Part shown: in pieces, positions 38,252 to 47,810 of the stretch
Position numbering within the stretch: position 1 is the first letter of the stretch
How the letters are laid out: every line of letters starts with the position of its first letter
IMG/VR virus record: IMGVR_UViG_3300030102_006934
Span: 62,001 to 126,000 of that record
Strand: one strand, 5' to 3'
DNA length: 64,000 nt
Made by a program: the position numbers and the translations under genes
Notes under the pieces: model-generated
What the model was told of the DNA's origin: nothing
Seen by the model: only the letters and a program-made list of their open reading frames with translations
Databases searched by the model: none

Positions 38252-38440
38252 TTATTTTTGGTTCCACTTGTTAATGAATAGAGTGTTATATTTCTTTATC
38301 CATGATAATTTTTCCCCTCCGTATGTTGTATTGATTTTCTCTGTGATTTCTGCCTTTAGTTCAATATTCCTATTTAAAGTTTTTCTTATTTGTTCTAAGA
38401 ATATGCTTCTTGGTGTTAAATGATTTATTATCATATACAA
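38252..38440 (-). CDS. small hypothetical protein
   Basis: ORF. Confidence 0.4.
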   Translation of the reverse strand: MYMIINHLTPRSIFLEQIRKTLNRNIELKAEITEKINTTYGGEKLSWIKKYNTLFINKWNQK

Positions 38441-38502
38441 TATGTTGGTGTGGAATAGAAAAATTTTGACCTAAAGTTTTGACCCTTGGACTATTCTTAA
38501 TT

Positions 38503-38946
38503 TTATTCTTTTGGTTTGACGGTGCTTAGTTCAGTATCCCTATGATTGTCAAAATAGTCTCTACAACGTTCTATTACCTCGTCTTTATCCTCTTGGGATT
38601 CTGGATACCAAGCCATCATCGATACAATTATAGATTTTTTATTATAGGCAGTTCCAGGTGGGTAAATATCAAAATAAAGTGAGTTAGGATATCCACTATC
38701 ATCTTTTATCCCATCACGAATACTATATACTGAACTACTAGTGTGTAAATCATCATTACTCTCTATTACACCAATTATATGATCTAATATCATTAATTGT
38801 TGTTCTTTTGGTATATTACCTAACCATACCTTATAATCACCTGGTGGGTATTTATCGATATTTAATATTTCATTTGGGATGAGTTTGATTTCTTTTACCC
38901 AATCAAAATCATTAATTTCTTCTCTTATAATATTCCTAAGACTCAT
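38503..38946 (-). CDS. leader + FDW single-module protein
   Basis: MSLRNIIREEINDFDWVKE. Confidence 0.7.
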   Translation of the reverse strand: MSLRNIIREEINDFDWVKEIKLIPNEILNIDKYPPGDYKVWLGNIPKEQQLMILDHIIGVIESNDDLHTSSSVYSIRDGIKDDSGYPNSLYFDIYPPGTAYNKKSIIVSMMAWYPESQEDKDEVIERCRDYFDNHRDTELSTVKPKE

Positions 38947-39027
38947 ATTTATTAAATATCTGGTTAAAAGTATTAAATCAGGACACTGTTACTAAAATTA
39001 AGATATATTTATTAAATAAAAAAAGGT

Positions 39028-39267
39028 ATGACCAACCAAAAACATACGTCCCCAGGTGTTTATACATCTGAGAAAGACTTAAGCTTTAGAAAAAATGGTA
39101 GTGGTAACAATATATTAGAAGTAGCTGGTGGGGGTGGTACCAACAATAACCCAATACCAGTAGTAAAACCTATTTTTTGGATACTGCGTTGTGGTATTTG
39201 GGAAGATGAGGGTACTTGGTTAAGTTACGCTAAATGGGAAGATAGTCCAATTTGGCCTTGTAAATAA
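39028..39267 (+). CDS. small tail-associated protein with sheath-like N-terminal arm and Trp-rich tail
   Basis: SPGVYTSEKDLS; W.L..G.WEDEG.W...AKW.D. Confidence 0.5.
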   Translation: MTNQKHTSPGVYTSEKDLSFRKNGSGNNILEVAGGGGTNNNPIPVVKPIFWILRCGIWEDEGTWLSYAKWEDSPIWPCK

Positions 39268-39276
39268 TTTAATAAA

Positions 39277-39678
39277 ATGGCGATAGGTAATATTAATAAT
39301 AAAGAAAGTGGGGCTTCGGTTAGGAATAAACTTAACCAGCTCATAAATGAGGTTAATACGTTAGCTTCTCAAATAAACTCAGGTGGCACTACTGGTGCGA
39401 CTTTAGAAAATAATATTATTTCTTTTGATACAACATTACAACAAGATGCTTATAGTGTTGATATAAGTGGAGCAGGTCCTTTTACTAGTATTTCTGATTA
39501 TGGATTTACAGTAATATCACCATCCGCAACAACAGCAACAACAATAAATACAAACATAACACTAAGTTATCCTAGCGGAACAACGGTAACCTATCCCAGC
39601 CCTTTAATTATTGGTGAGGATGGTGGTATTGTAGTACCTGATGGGGTAACTTTAATAATAACAAGTGGAACAACTTAA
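39277..39678 (+). CDS. short tail-fibre-associated protein
   Basis: N-terminal INN.ESGASVRNKLN shared with 41380. Confidence 0.6.
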   Translation: MAIGNINNKESGASVRNKLNQLINEVNTLASQINSGGTTGATLENNIISFDTTLQQDAYSVDISGAGPFTSISDYGFTVISPSATTATTINTNITLSYPSGTTVTYPSPLIIGEDGGIVVPDGVTLIITSGTT

Positions 39679-39704
39679 ATAATAATAAAATAAAAAAATA
39701 AATT

Positions 39705-41360
39705 ATGTCTTATATTAACGTAAATAATATTTTTTCATATACAAACCCTTATGGTGGTGCTCCAGGGCCAAATCCTCCATTCCCAGGTAAAATTAAAATC
39801 CTTTACTCCCCATTACTCCATGGTTTCATGTGTGATGCTATACATGGTGGTTCTCACGCAGAAGGAGAAAGGTCTAAAGCTTATGGTAGTCCTTCTCACG
39901 CGGAAGGTTATAAAACTGAAGCTTTTGGTGCTTATTCTCATTCTGAGGGTTATGAAACACAAGCTCACGCTGAGGGTTCTCACGCTGAGGGTTATAGAAC
40001 CGAGGTTGTGAGTGGTACTTCCGTTACTGGACATTATGCTCATGCTGAAGGTGGTTACACCAATGCTCATGGGCAATATTCACACGCTGAAGGTAGTAGT
40101 ACAAATGCTATTGGTAATACCTCACATGCTGAAGGAAAACATACAACATCTACTGGTATTAACTCACACGCTGAGGGTTTATTTTCTGAATCTATTGGTA
40201 ATGCTTCGCACGCAGAAGGACAAGGTACAATTGCTAGTGGTGATTTTTCCCATTCAGAAGGTTTTTTCACCCAATCTAATGGGGAGGGTTCTCACGCTGA
40301 GGGTTATAGGACAACGGCGAATGGTGATTATTCTCATTCTCAGGGGTATTGGACTACTACAGACGCTAACTACCAAACCGTAGTGGGTAAATATAATTCT
40401 CCGAGTGGTACTCAAGGGGCTTTTATTGTCGGTAATGGTGTCGCTAATAACGTACTAAACAATTTATTGGTTGCTGCTGGTAACGAAGTAGAAGTATTTG
40501 GTAACACAAAAACTGAGACTATACAAGTAACGGATGGAGCGACAGCAGGATATGTATTAACTTCTGACGCTTCAGGTAATGGTACTTGGCAATCAGTCGC
40601 TGGATTAACAGACACATTTGTAACAGGAGCTTCTTTAGCTGGTACTGATTTAGAAATAAATAGAAATAATGGTGAACCACAAATAGTTGTTGATTTATCA
40701 CCACTTAGTGGTGTTGATATCTTTACAACAGGTGCTACATACGATAATGGGACATCAACTGCCACATTTAATAGAAATGATGGTAATTCATATACTTTAG
40801 ATTTGTCCACTATGGATGTTAATGACACATTTGTTACAAGTTCCTCTTTAAGTGGTACAACCTTATTAATAGATAGAAACCAAGGAGAACCACAAATTAG
40901 TGTAGATTTAAGTTCATTGGCAGACGACACTATTGTAAATGGTTTTACTTATTCAAATAATAACTTAACAATTAGTCAAAATGGTCAATCTGATTTAACA
41001 ACTAACATAAGTGTTATGACAGGGGTAACTGTTAATGGTGTCGCTGACTTTACTGATGAGATTTTAATTAATTCTACAACCTTATTTGGACAAACTACAT
41101 GGAACCCAGCGGGTGTAAGTAGAGCAACCCATAGAATAGATGGTATAGTCACACCAACATTAGCAGATGGTACTGATGGGCAGTTATTACACATCTTCGT
41201 AGCAGATGTTTTAAGTGTTGGTAGCTCAACTGTAACAGTTACTACTAGTTTAGGTTTCAATACGATAGCCTTTAACGCACTTGGTGATTCCGTGACTTTA
41301 ATGTTTAATCAACCTTTTGGTTGGACAATCGTTGGTAGTTATAATGTGGTAATTAGTTAA
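39705..41360 (+). CDS. tail fibre/adhesin with YadA-head-like SHAEG repeats
   Basis: About 12 SHAEG/SHSEG 14-aa repeats, FIVGNG, GYVLTSDASGNGTW, DTFVTG repeats. Confidence 0.75.
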   Translation: MSYINVNNIFSYTNPYGGAPGPNPPFPGKIKILYSPLLHGFMCDAIHGGSHAEGERSKAYGSPSHAEGYKTEAFGAYSHSEGYETQAHAEGSHAEGYRTEVVSGTSVTGHYAHAEGGYTNAHGQYSHAEGSSTNAIGNTSHAEGKHTTSTGINSHAEGLFSESIGNASHAEGQGTIASGDFSHSEGFFTQSNGEGSHAEGYRTTANGDYSHSQGYWTTTDANYQTVVGKYNSPSGTQGAFIVGNGVANNVLNNLLVAAGNEVEVFGNTKTETIQVTDGATAGYVLTSDASGNGTWQSVAGLTDTFVTGASLAGTDLEINRNNGEPQIVVDLSPLSGVDIFTTGATYDNGTSTATFNRNDGNSYTLDLSTMDVNDTFVTSSSLSGTTLLIDRNQGEPQISVDLSSLADDTIVNGFTYSNNNLTISQNGQSDLTTNISVMTGVTVNGVADFTDEILINSTTLFGQTTWNPAGVSRATHRIDGIVTPTLADGTDGQLLHIFVADVLSVGSSTVTVTTSLGFNTIAFNALGDSVTLMFNQPFGWTIVGSYNVVIS

Positions 41361-41379
41361 TATAAAAAAATAAAAAAAA

Positions 41380-44300
41380 ATGACAATAGGTAATATTAAT
41401 AATAAAGAAAGTGGGGCTTCGGTTAGGAATAAACTTAACCAGCTCATAAATGAGGTTAATACGTTAGCTTCTCAAATAAGTTCGGGTGATACCAATACTT
41501 TTGTTACTGGTGCGACTTTGGTTAGTACTATTTTAGATATTGAAAGAAACGATGGTGTAGATATTAGTGTAGACCTATCTTCAATTAATAGTAATGTTTT
41601 TGTTGATAGTGGTAATGCGAACCCTATTACACAACAACTAACTTTTACAAACACTAGTGGTGGTACTTTTAATGTTACCAACGCTGCAGCCCTATTTAGT
41701 GGTAACGATGTGAATGTTACGGGTGGAACATATAACCCAACCAATGGTTGTGTTACATTTAGTACAAATAGTGCATCAACTTTCGATGTCTGTGGATTTT
41801 TAACTGGGCTAACTGATACTTTTATTAGTGGGACCACATTAGTGGGGACAAGTTTTACTTTAAATAGAACAGATGGTGTTAATTTAACAACTGATTTTAG
41901 TAGTATTGTTGATGACAAATTAGATATAACCACTTTTGATTCTTATACCGCTAATACCACTGATAATGTGGTGACTGGAGCAACTTTAGTAGGAACGACT
42001 TTAGAATTAGAAAGAAATAATGGATTATCTGATGTAACAGTAGATTTAAGTCCCCTGAGTGGTTCAAGTGTAGACACTTTTGTTACAGGTAGTACTCTAA
42101 TAGGTACATCCTTTACTTTAAAAAGAAATGATGGGGTAGACATAACAACCGACTTGAATCCCATAGTAAATAATAAATTAGATATAACCACCTTTGATTC
42201 TTATACCGCAAACACTACAGATAATGTGGTGACTGGAGCAACTTTAGTTGGACCTATATTAGAATTAGAAAGAAATAATGGATTATCTGATGTAACAGTA
42301 GATTTAAGTTCATTAACTGGGTCGGTAGATACAAATACGTTTGTCACAGGTAGTACTCTAGTGGGTACAACTTTGAATTTGGAAAGGAACGATGGTGTTA
42401 CTGTTAGTGTTAATTTAAACTCACTGACTGGTTCTACTGATACAAATACTTTTGTAACAGGGACAACATTAAATGGTAATGATTTGATAATTGAGAGGAA
42501 TGATGGTGTTGAAATAACCACTAATTTAAACCCTATTTTAAGTGGTAAGTTAGATACCACCTTATTTAATTCTTATACCGCTAATACCACTGATAATGTG
42601 GTGACTGGAGCAACTTTAGTAGGAACGACTTTAGAGTTAGGGAGAAATAATGGATTAAGTGATGTAACCGTAGATTTAAGTTCCATAGATAATAATGTTT
42701 TCGTTAATAGTGGTAAAGCAAATGCTGCGACTCAAAGATTATCATTTACCAACACAACTGGGGGTACTTTTACCGTCACAGATTCAGCAGCACTATTTAG
42801 TGATAACGATGTAAACGTAACTGGCGGAACATATAACCCAACCAATGGTTGTGTTACATTTAACACAAATAGTGGAACTACTTTTGATGTTTGTGGTTTT
42901 GTAACTGGATTGACTGATACATTTATCACAGGTACCACTTTAGTTGGTACAAATTTTACTTTAAATAGAACAGATGGTGTTAATTTAACGACAGACTTTA
43001 ACCCTATCCTTAGTGGTAAATTAGATATAACCACTTTTGATTCTTATACCGCAAACACTACAGATAATTTTGTTACAGGTGCTACCTTAGTGGGTAGTAC
43101 TTATACTATAAAAAGAAATGATGGGGTAAATATATCTACTAATTTAAACCCTATTTTAAGTGGTACGGTGGATACCACATTATTTAATTCTTATACCGCT
43201 AATACACAAACTGAAATTAATAATAAGTTAAACATCACCACTTTTGATTCTTATACCGCAAACACTACAGATAATGTAGTGACTGGAGCGACTTTAGTGG
43301 ACACATCATTAGGGTTAGAAAGAAATAATGGATTATCTGATGTAACAGTAGATTTATCACCATTAAGTGATATAAATACTGGTAATATTTTATGGGTAGA
43401 CTCAATTTTTGGTGACGACTCAACTGCGGTTACTAATAGACAAGACAAACCTTATTTAACCATAGAACAGGCGTTAAGTGCTTCAACAGTTGGGGATACA
43501 TTAGTTGTAAGACCAGGTATCTATGATGAGGAAGGATTAGTTGTCTCAAAAGGAGTTTCTTTAGTTAGTGAAGGTGGTTGGGAAGTAACTACTATTGGTA
43601 AATCTTCCGCAACTGCATCTAGAGATATATTGGAATTAAATGAAAATTCATTTATAGATGGATTTAGTGTAAATGTACCAGAAGGAAACTTTAATGGTAT
43701 AATAGCTTCAAATAGTGGTGGAACATCTACCGCAAATAATATTACATTCTACGGTAATGGAGGAACAGGAAGTACTGGTACTGGTTTATTTAAAACAGGT
43801 GGTGGTAAATTAATCGGTTTCTCAATTAGAGTAGAAGGTGGTGGTATGGGTAACTGCTTGAAGGTTGATTCGGGTACTTTAGCATTAGAGGGTGTACATG
43901 TACCACAATCAAATGGTGAGATTAAAAATGTATTATTGGTAACTACTTCGGGTGGTACTAACGCGGGTATAGCACAAATGGTAGGGTTTAATTCTGGAAA
44001 CAGTAATGTATCTAACGCTATTAGAACCCAAGGTGGTAGTTCGGGTGTTATACCAGTGGTCAAAATATTTACACCTAACATATTTGGTTCGACTAACGCA
44101 TTAAGTGCCTCGGGAGATTATGAAGATATTAATTTATTGGGGGGTTCACTAGAGAATGTAACTTATTCAGTAAAAGTGGATTTAACTGGTACTGGTGTAG
44201 GTGCCTCTTATAGAATAACCTCTAACCACCAACCAAATTATATTTACCCACCAGCAGTAGCCTATACAGCAGACTTTGGTTTAGATTTTACACAAGAATC

Positions 44301-46137
44301 TACTGATGAATTTAAGTCAAGTAAAAATTTGTTCGGTTTATCTCAAATGAGTTTAGGTTTCGCAGAGAAAGGAACGGAATTAAACGCTGGTAGGGGAGCA
44401 CCCTCTACTGTGGGTATGAAAGTATTTACTACAGATAATACCGCGTCTAGTGTTAGTGATGGTGGAAATATAACTGATGTTACAGATGAAGCAAAATCTA
44501 AGGCAGGTAGTACGGTTACTTTCCAAACGGGAGGTACTAATACCACAATATTATTTACCACACAAAGAGTTTCTCCAGATTTTTCCACACCATTAAAATA
44601 TTATGGGTTGGATTTAAATGTCTTACAGAAAAAAGTGGGTGGTGATTATACCTTTGAATATTGGGACGGTTCGGAATGGGTTGAGGATTTGGTTCATATT
44701 CATTCTGCTGATTTAGGTTATAGTTATGGTAATGAATTGTTTTTGAGAAGTCAAAGTGATGAAAATTTAATTTTTGATTTAAGTAAAGATTCTTGGTCAG
44801 TTAAAACTATAAATGGTGTAGATGGTTATTGGATGAGGTGTAGAATGACCAGTACTGGTACGACTCAACCTACAATAGAACAATCTAAAATAATTTATGA
44901 TAGTAGTACCATAAGTAAAGATGGTGTACTTTCTTTTAATGGTAAATCTCTTTATAAGGAGGTAACAAATTTATATAATGGAACATGGGGTTATCCAGTC
45001 TCTACCTTATCTGATTATAACGTTACTGTGGGGTCAGGTACAGGCTCAGAAACTTGGACACATGAATTTTTAGATTCTCAGTTTGCCAATAATGAAGCAG
45101 CAACTTTTGTACTAAAAATACCACAAGGTGCTAGTACATCACAAAAAGTTAATGTTAACGCTACTTACACATTAAACGGTACAGCAGCAGACACAACGGC
45201 AGCTCAATTAGAGTTTTCCTTTTTACCAGTGGAAGTCGCAAACATTAGAGTCGCTGATGGAGAAGGTAGTAAAGAACCAATCCCTAGAATTGTTTCCGCA
45301 ACAACAGAATTTAACGTAGATGCGGCTCAAACAACAAAACCTTTAACTGAAATAGGGGAAAATAAAATATTTCAATCTCCTTTAGGTAGTTTCGACATCT
45401 CAAATTATTATGAAGGTGATATAGTACTTATGAGGTTAGAAAAAGAGAGTGGTACTAACGTTAATTTTAATTTAATATCTTTAGACTTCGAAGTTTCTAA
45501 ATGGAGTTTAGGTAAACAGTCAGAAGGGTTAAAAATAGCCACTGAAACAATATTTAGTGAGGATTGGTCTGACTTTGGTGTTAGTAATGGTTGGCAATAT
45601 GAACAAGATTCTGGGGAGGACAACTTATGGGTAGTTAGTAGTGGTACCTCTAGAACGGGAGACAACTCAGCATATATAACTAATGATAGTGGAGGTACTA
45701 ATGTATATGAATATAATGTTAGTAATACTAATAACGGAACACATTTATATGTCGATTTCTCAATTCCAGCAAAAGCAAGTAGTTTAACTGTTAATTTCTA
45801 TTGGACAGCGAAAGGTGAAAACGGTGGAGGATCGACCTCTTGGGATTACGGTAGGGTTGGTTTATTACCAACTAGTACAACACCAAGTGCTGGTAGTGAA
45901 TTTTCTAGTACTTTTAGAATAGGAGCAGATTCTAACTCAAATAAATTTAATTTAGGGTATAACGGAGGTGCTTTCGAAGATGATTGGCAATTAGAAACAA
46001 TACCAATTTCAAATAGTTTATGGACTGCTGGTGAAGATAGAAGACTATGTTTAACTTGGAAAAACGATTTCGGTGCGGGTACACAACCACCATTCGCGGT
46101 AACAGATATAACAATTGATATACAGTATTTAGAATAG
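41380..46137 (+). CDS. long tail fibre/spike: tandem DTFVTGATL..RNDG repeats + beta-helix (pectin-lyase-like) domain
   Basis: ~640 aa repeat stalk; WVDSIFGDDS...PYLTIEQAL...GDTLVVRPGIY beta-helix cap. Confidence 0.75.
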   Translation: MTIGNINNKESGASVRNKLNQLINEVNTLASQISSGDTNTFVTGATLVSTILDIERNDGVDISVDLSSINSNVFVDSGNANPITQQLTFTNTSGGTFNVTNAAALFSGNDVNVTGGTYNPTNGCVTFSTNSASTFDVCGFLTGLTDTFISGTTLVGTSFTLNRTDGVNLTTDFSSIVDDKLDITTFDSYTANTTDNVVTGATLVGTTLELERNNGLSDVTVDLSPLSGSSVDTFVTGSTLIGTSFTLKRNDGVDITTDLNPIVNNKLDITTFDSYTANTTDNVVTGATLVGPILELERNNGLSDVTVDLSSLTGSVDTNTFVTGSTLVGTTLNLERNDGVTVSVNLNSLTGSTDTNTFVTGTTLNGNDLIIERNDGVEITTNLNPILSGKLDTTLFNSYTANTTDNVVTGATLVGTTLELGRNNGLSDVTVDLSSIDNNVFVNSGKANAATQRLSFTNTTGGTFTVTDSAALFSDNDVNVTGGTYNPTNGCVTFNTNSGTTFDVCGFVTGLTDTFITGTTLVGTNFTLNRTDGVNLTTDFNPILSGKLDITTFDSYTANTTDNFVTGATLVGSTYTIKRNDGVNISTNLNPILSGTVDTTLFNSYTANTQTEINNKLNITTFDSYTANTTDNVVTGATLVDTSLGLERNNGLSDVTVDLSPLSDINTGNILWVDSIFGDDSTAVTNRQDKPYLTIEQALSASTVGDTLVVRPGIYDEEGLVVSKGVSLVSEGGWEVTTIGKSSATASRDILELNENSFIDGFSVNVPEGNFNGIIASNSGGTSTANNITFYGNGGTGSTGTGLFKTGGGKLIGFSIRVEGGGMGNCLKVDSGTLALEGVHVPQSNGEIKNVLLVTTSGGTNAGIAQMVGFNSGNSNVSNAIRTQGGSSGVIPVVKIFTPNIFGSTNALSASGDYEDINLLGGSLENVTYSVKVDLTGTGVGASYRITSNHQPNYIYPPAVAYTADFGLDFTQESTDEFKSSKNLFGLSQMSLGFAEKGTELNAGRGAPSTVGMKVFTTDNTASSVSDGGNITDVTDEAKSKAGSTVTFQTGGTNTTILFTTQRVSPDFSTPLKYYGLDLNVLQKKVGGDYTFEYWDGSEWVEDLVHIHSADLGYSYGNELFLRSQSDENLIFDLSKDSWSVKTINGVDGYWMRCRMTSTGTTQPTIEQSKIIYDSSTISKDGVLSFNGKSLYKEVTNLYNGTWGYPVSTLSDYNVTVGSGTGSETWTHEFLDSQFANNEAATFVLKIPQGASTSQKVNVNATYTLNGTAADTTAAQLEFSFLPVEVANIRVADGEGSKEPIPRIVSATTEFNVDAAQTTKPLTEIGENKIFQSPLGSFDISNYYEGDIVLMRLEKESGTNVNFNLISLDFEVSKWSLGKQSEGLKIATETIFSEDWSDFGVSNGWQYEQDSGEDNLWVVSSGTSRTGDNSAYITNDSGGTNVYEYNVSNTNNGTHLYVDFSIPAKASSLTVNFYWTAKGENGGGSTSWDYGRVGLLPTSTTPSAGSEFSSTFRIGADSNSNKFNLGYNGGAFEDDWQLETIPISNSLWTAGEDRRLCLTWKNDFGAGTQPPFAVTDITIDIQYLE

Positions 46138-46180
46138 GTAGTGAAGTTTATTTAGGACGTTAGACAACTTTTGAATTAGA

Positions 46181-46255
46181 TTAATCTCTTTTTCTTAATA
46201 TTATCACTAGTAGTACCACCAAGAAGCAGAAAACGAATCTTTCAAATTCTTCCAT
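46181..46255 (-). CDS. 24-aa hydrophobic peptide MEEFERFVFCFLVVLLVIILRKRD
   Basis: Read manually; start codon enclosed in a 10-bp stem. Confidence 0.4.
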   Translation of the reverse strand: MEEFERFVFCFLVVLLVIILRKRD

Positions 46256-46339
46256 GTCTTTTAGATTCGTTTATAAATATAGTAACATGTATCAAAGTAT
46301 AGTATTTATTTTTAACCTTTAATCGATATTTATTAATAT

Positions 46340-47809
46340 ATGAGTATCAAAAAATACATAAAAGAAGAGATGGATAGTTTTGACTGGATTAAGGACGTAA
46401 AAACTAATGATACTATCGCTAAAGAAATTTATGATACTCTAAAATGGCATAAGGTTCCCAATGTAACAACAGATTTTGTGAAAGTACCGTGGGTTGACAT
46501 TGTTTTTGCGGTAAGAAAAAGAAACTTAAGTGACTCCAAAATACCTTTAATCACCCCAAGTACATTTTACAAAGGTTTTACAAAATACGTAAAAGAATAT
46601 TACAATATTTTTGATCCTCAAACTGGTGTGTTAGAAATTTACAATAAAGTTAGGGCATTAATGGGGGATAAAATTCATGGAACTATTACTGAGTCTAATG
46701 ACTTTGGTTGGACAAATAGTTCTAAACTCATATACCCTCAAGACTTAGTCGGTTATTATTTTACTTACACTGAAAAAGAATATACAATAACTAAGGTGGA
46801 TGAAATGTATTTAAGTGATGATCCAGAAGATGAAAAACTCACCGTTTATTATAAGTATCGAGCTTATGAGGGGTTACGTAAAAACAAAATGGATGTGGAT
46901 ACTTTGATTTATAGAATCAAAGGTGGTGACTACGGTCTATATGACTTGGAGGGTAATCCTGTTAATCCAGATGATTTGGTATATAGTGATGGTAAGTTGG
47001 AAGATGTTGATTCTGTTAATGAAAATTCTGATTTTGATTGGGTGAGTGATGTTACCCCTTATATTGATAAGGTTACTGACCTACAAATTGGTGAGTATTA
47101 TGAAATAAAGGACATAGACACAAAACTTTTCACCATGTTGGTTGATTGTGGGTGGCACTATGAGTCTGAATTAATTAGAGATTTATATGATAAAGGTGAA
47201 ATACTTACCGTTAAAATTAGTGAAACGGTACCAAACGCTATATTAAATTACTATGTTTATTGTGATGGGCGTACAACATCATGGAAACCTAATAATACCG
47301 TTTCAAAGAGGGGTCCTGTAGCGGGAATAGAACTTTATAGTGAAATGGATACCTCACATCACCCAAGACATGATTGGATACCTTTCCACTCTTTTTATAT
47401 TACAGATGGTATGATAACATTTTACAGAGATAATAAGGATTTGAATGAGTCCGCAGAATTTGGTTGGATAGAAGATGTAAAACCAAATGTGTTGAAGGCT
47501 TTGGCTGATGCGAGTACGGGTGATGAGAGAATTAATTTTATTTATAGTGATGAAAATAAATATTTCACCTCCATTGAGGATGAAAAAGGTTTTAACTACT
47601 TTACTAGAGTATCTCTTATTTCATACTTAAGAAAAGTTAGGCAGGATTGGGATACCATGCCTGAGGTAATACTTAATAGTATGACCGTTGATGAGATGTT
47701 GGGTTTTATAGAAAAATTTTTAAAAGATAACTTCCCTGACCAACAACCAGTTGCTATATATGAGGACTATTTATATTTATATGAATTTATTAAACGTGGA
47801 TTAAAATAA
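46340..47809 (+). CDS. leader + four-module FDW polyprotein
   Basis: IKEEMDSFDWIKD; ITESNDFGW; VNENSDFDWVSD; LNESAEFGWIED. Confidence 0.8.
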   Translation: MSIKKYIKEEMDSFDWIKDVKTNDTIAKEIYDTLKWHKVPNVTTDFVKVPWVDIVFAVRKRNLSDSKIPLITPSTFYKGFTKYVKEYYNIFDPQTGVLEIYNKVRALMGDKIHGTITESNDFGWTNSSKLIYPQDLVGYYFTYTEKEYTITKVDEMYLSDDPEDEKLTVYYKYRAYEGLRKNKMDVDTLIYRIKGGDYGLYDLEGNPVNPDDLVYSDGKLEDVDSVNENSDFDWVSDVTPYIDKVTDLQIGEYYEIKDIDTKLFTMLVDCGWHYESELIRDLYDKGEILTVKISETVPNAILNYYVYCDGRTTSWKPNNTVSKRGPVAGIELYSEMDTSHHPRHDWIPFHSFYITDGMITFYRDNKDLNESAEFGWIEDVKPNVLKALADASTGDERINFIYSDENKYFTSIEDEKGFNYFTRVSLISYLRKVRQDWDTMPEVILNSMTVDEMLGFIEKFLKDNFPDQQPVAIYEDYLYLYEFIKRGLK

Positions 47810-47810
47810 A

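Larger units (their letters stand above)
37538..38255 (+). repeat. two copies of a ~55 bp element TGTGGA(T/A)AAG.AAAAAATTGGCGGCT...CCCCCT(T)ACCCCCC
   Basis: 37538-37590 and 38199-38250; partial third copy at 38449. Confidence 0.75.

Noticed and set aside
39751-45665. Many antisense and alternate-frame ORFs over the fibre genes (and similar ones elsewhere)
   Set aside because: Shadow ORFs of repetitive Gly/Thr-rich coding sequence, nested in better-supported genes.
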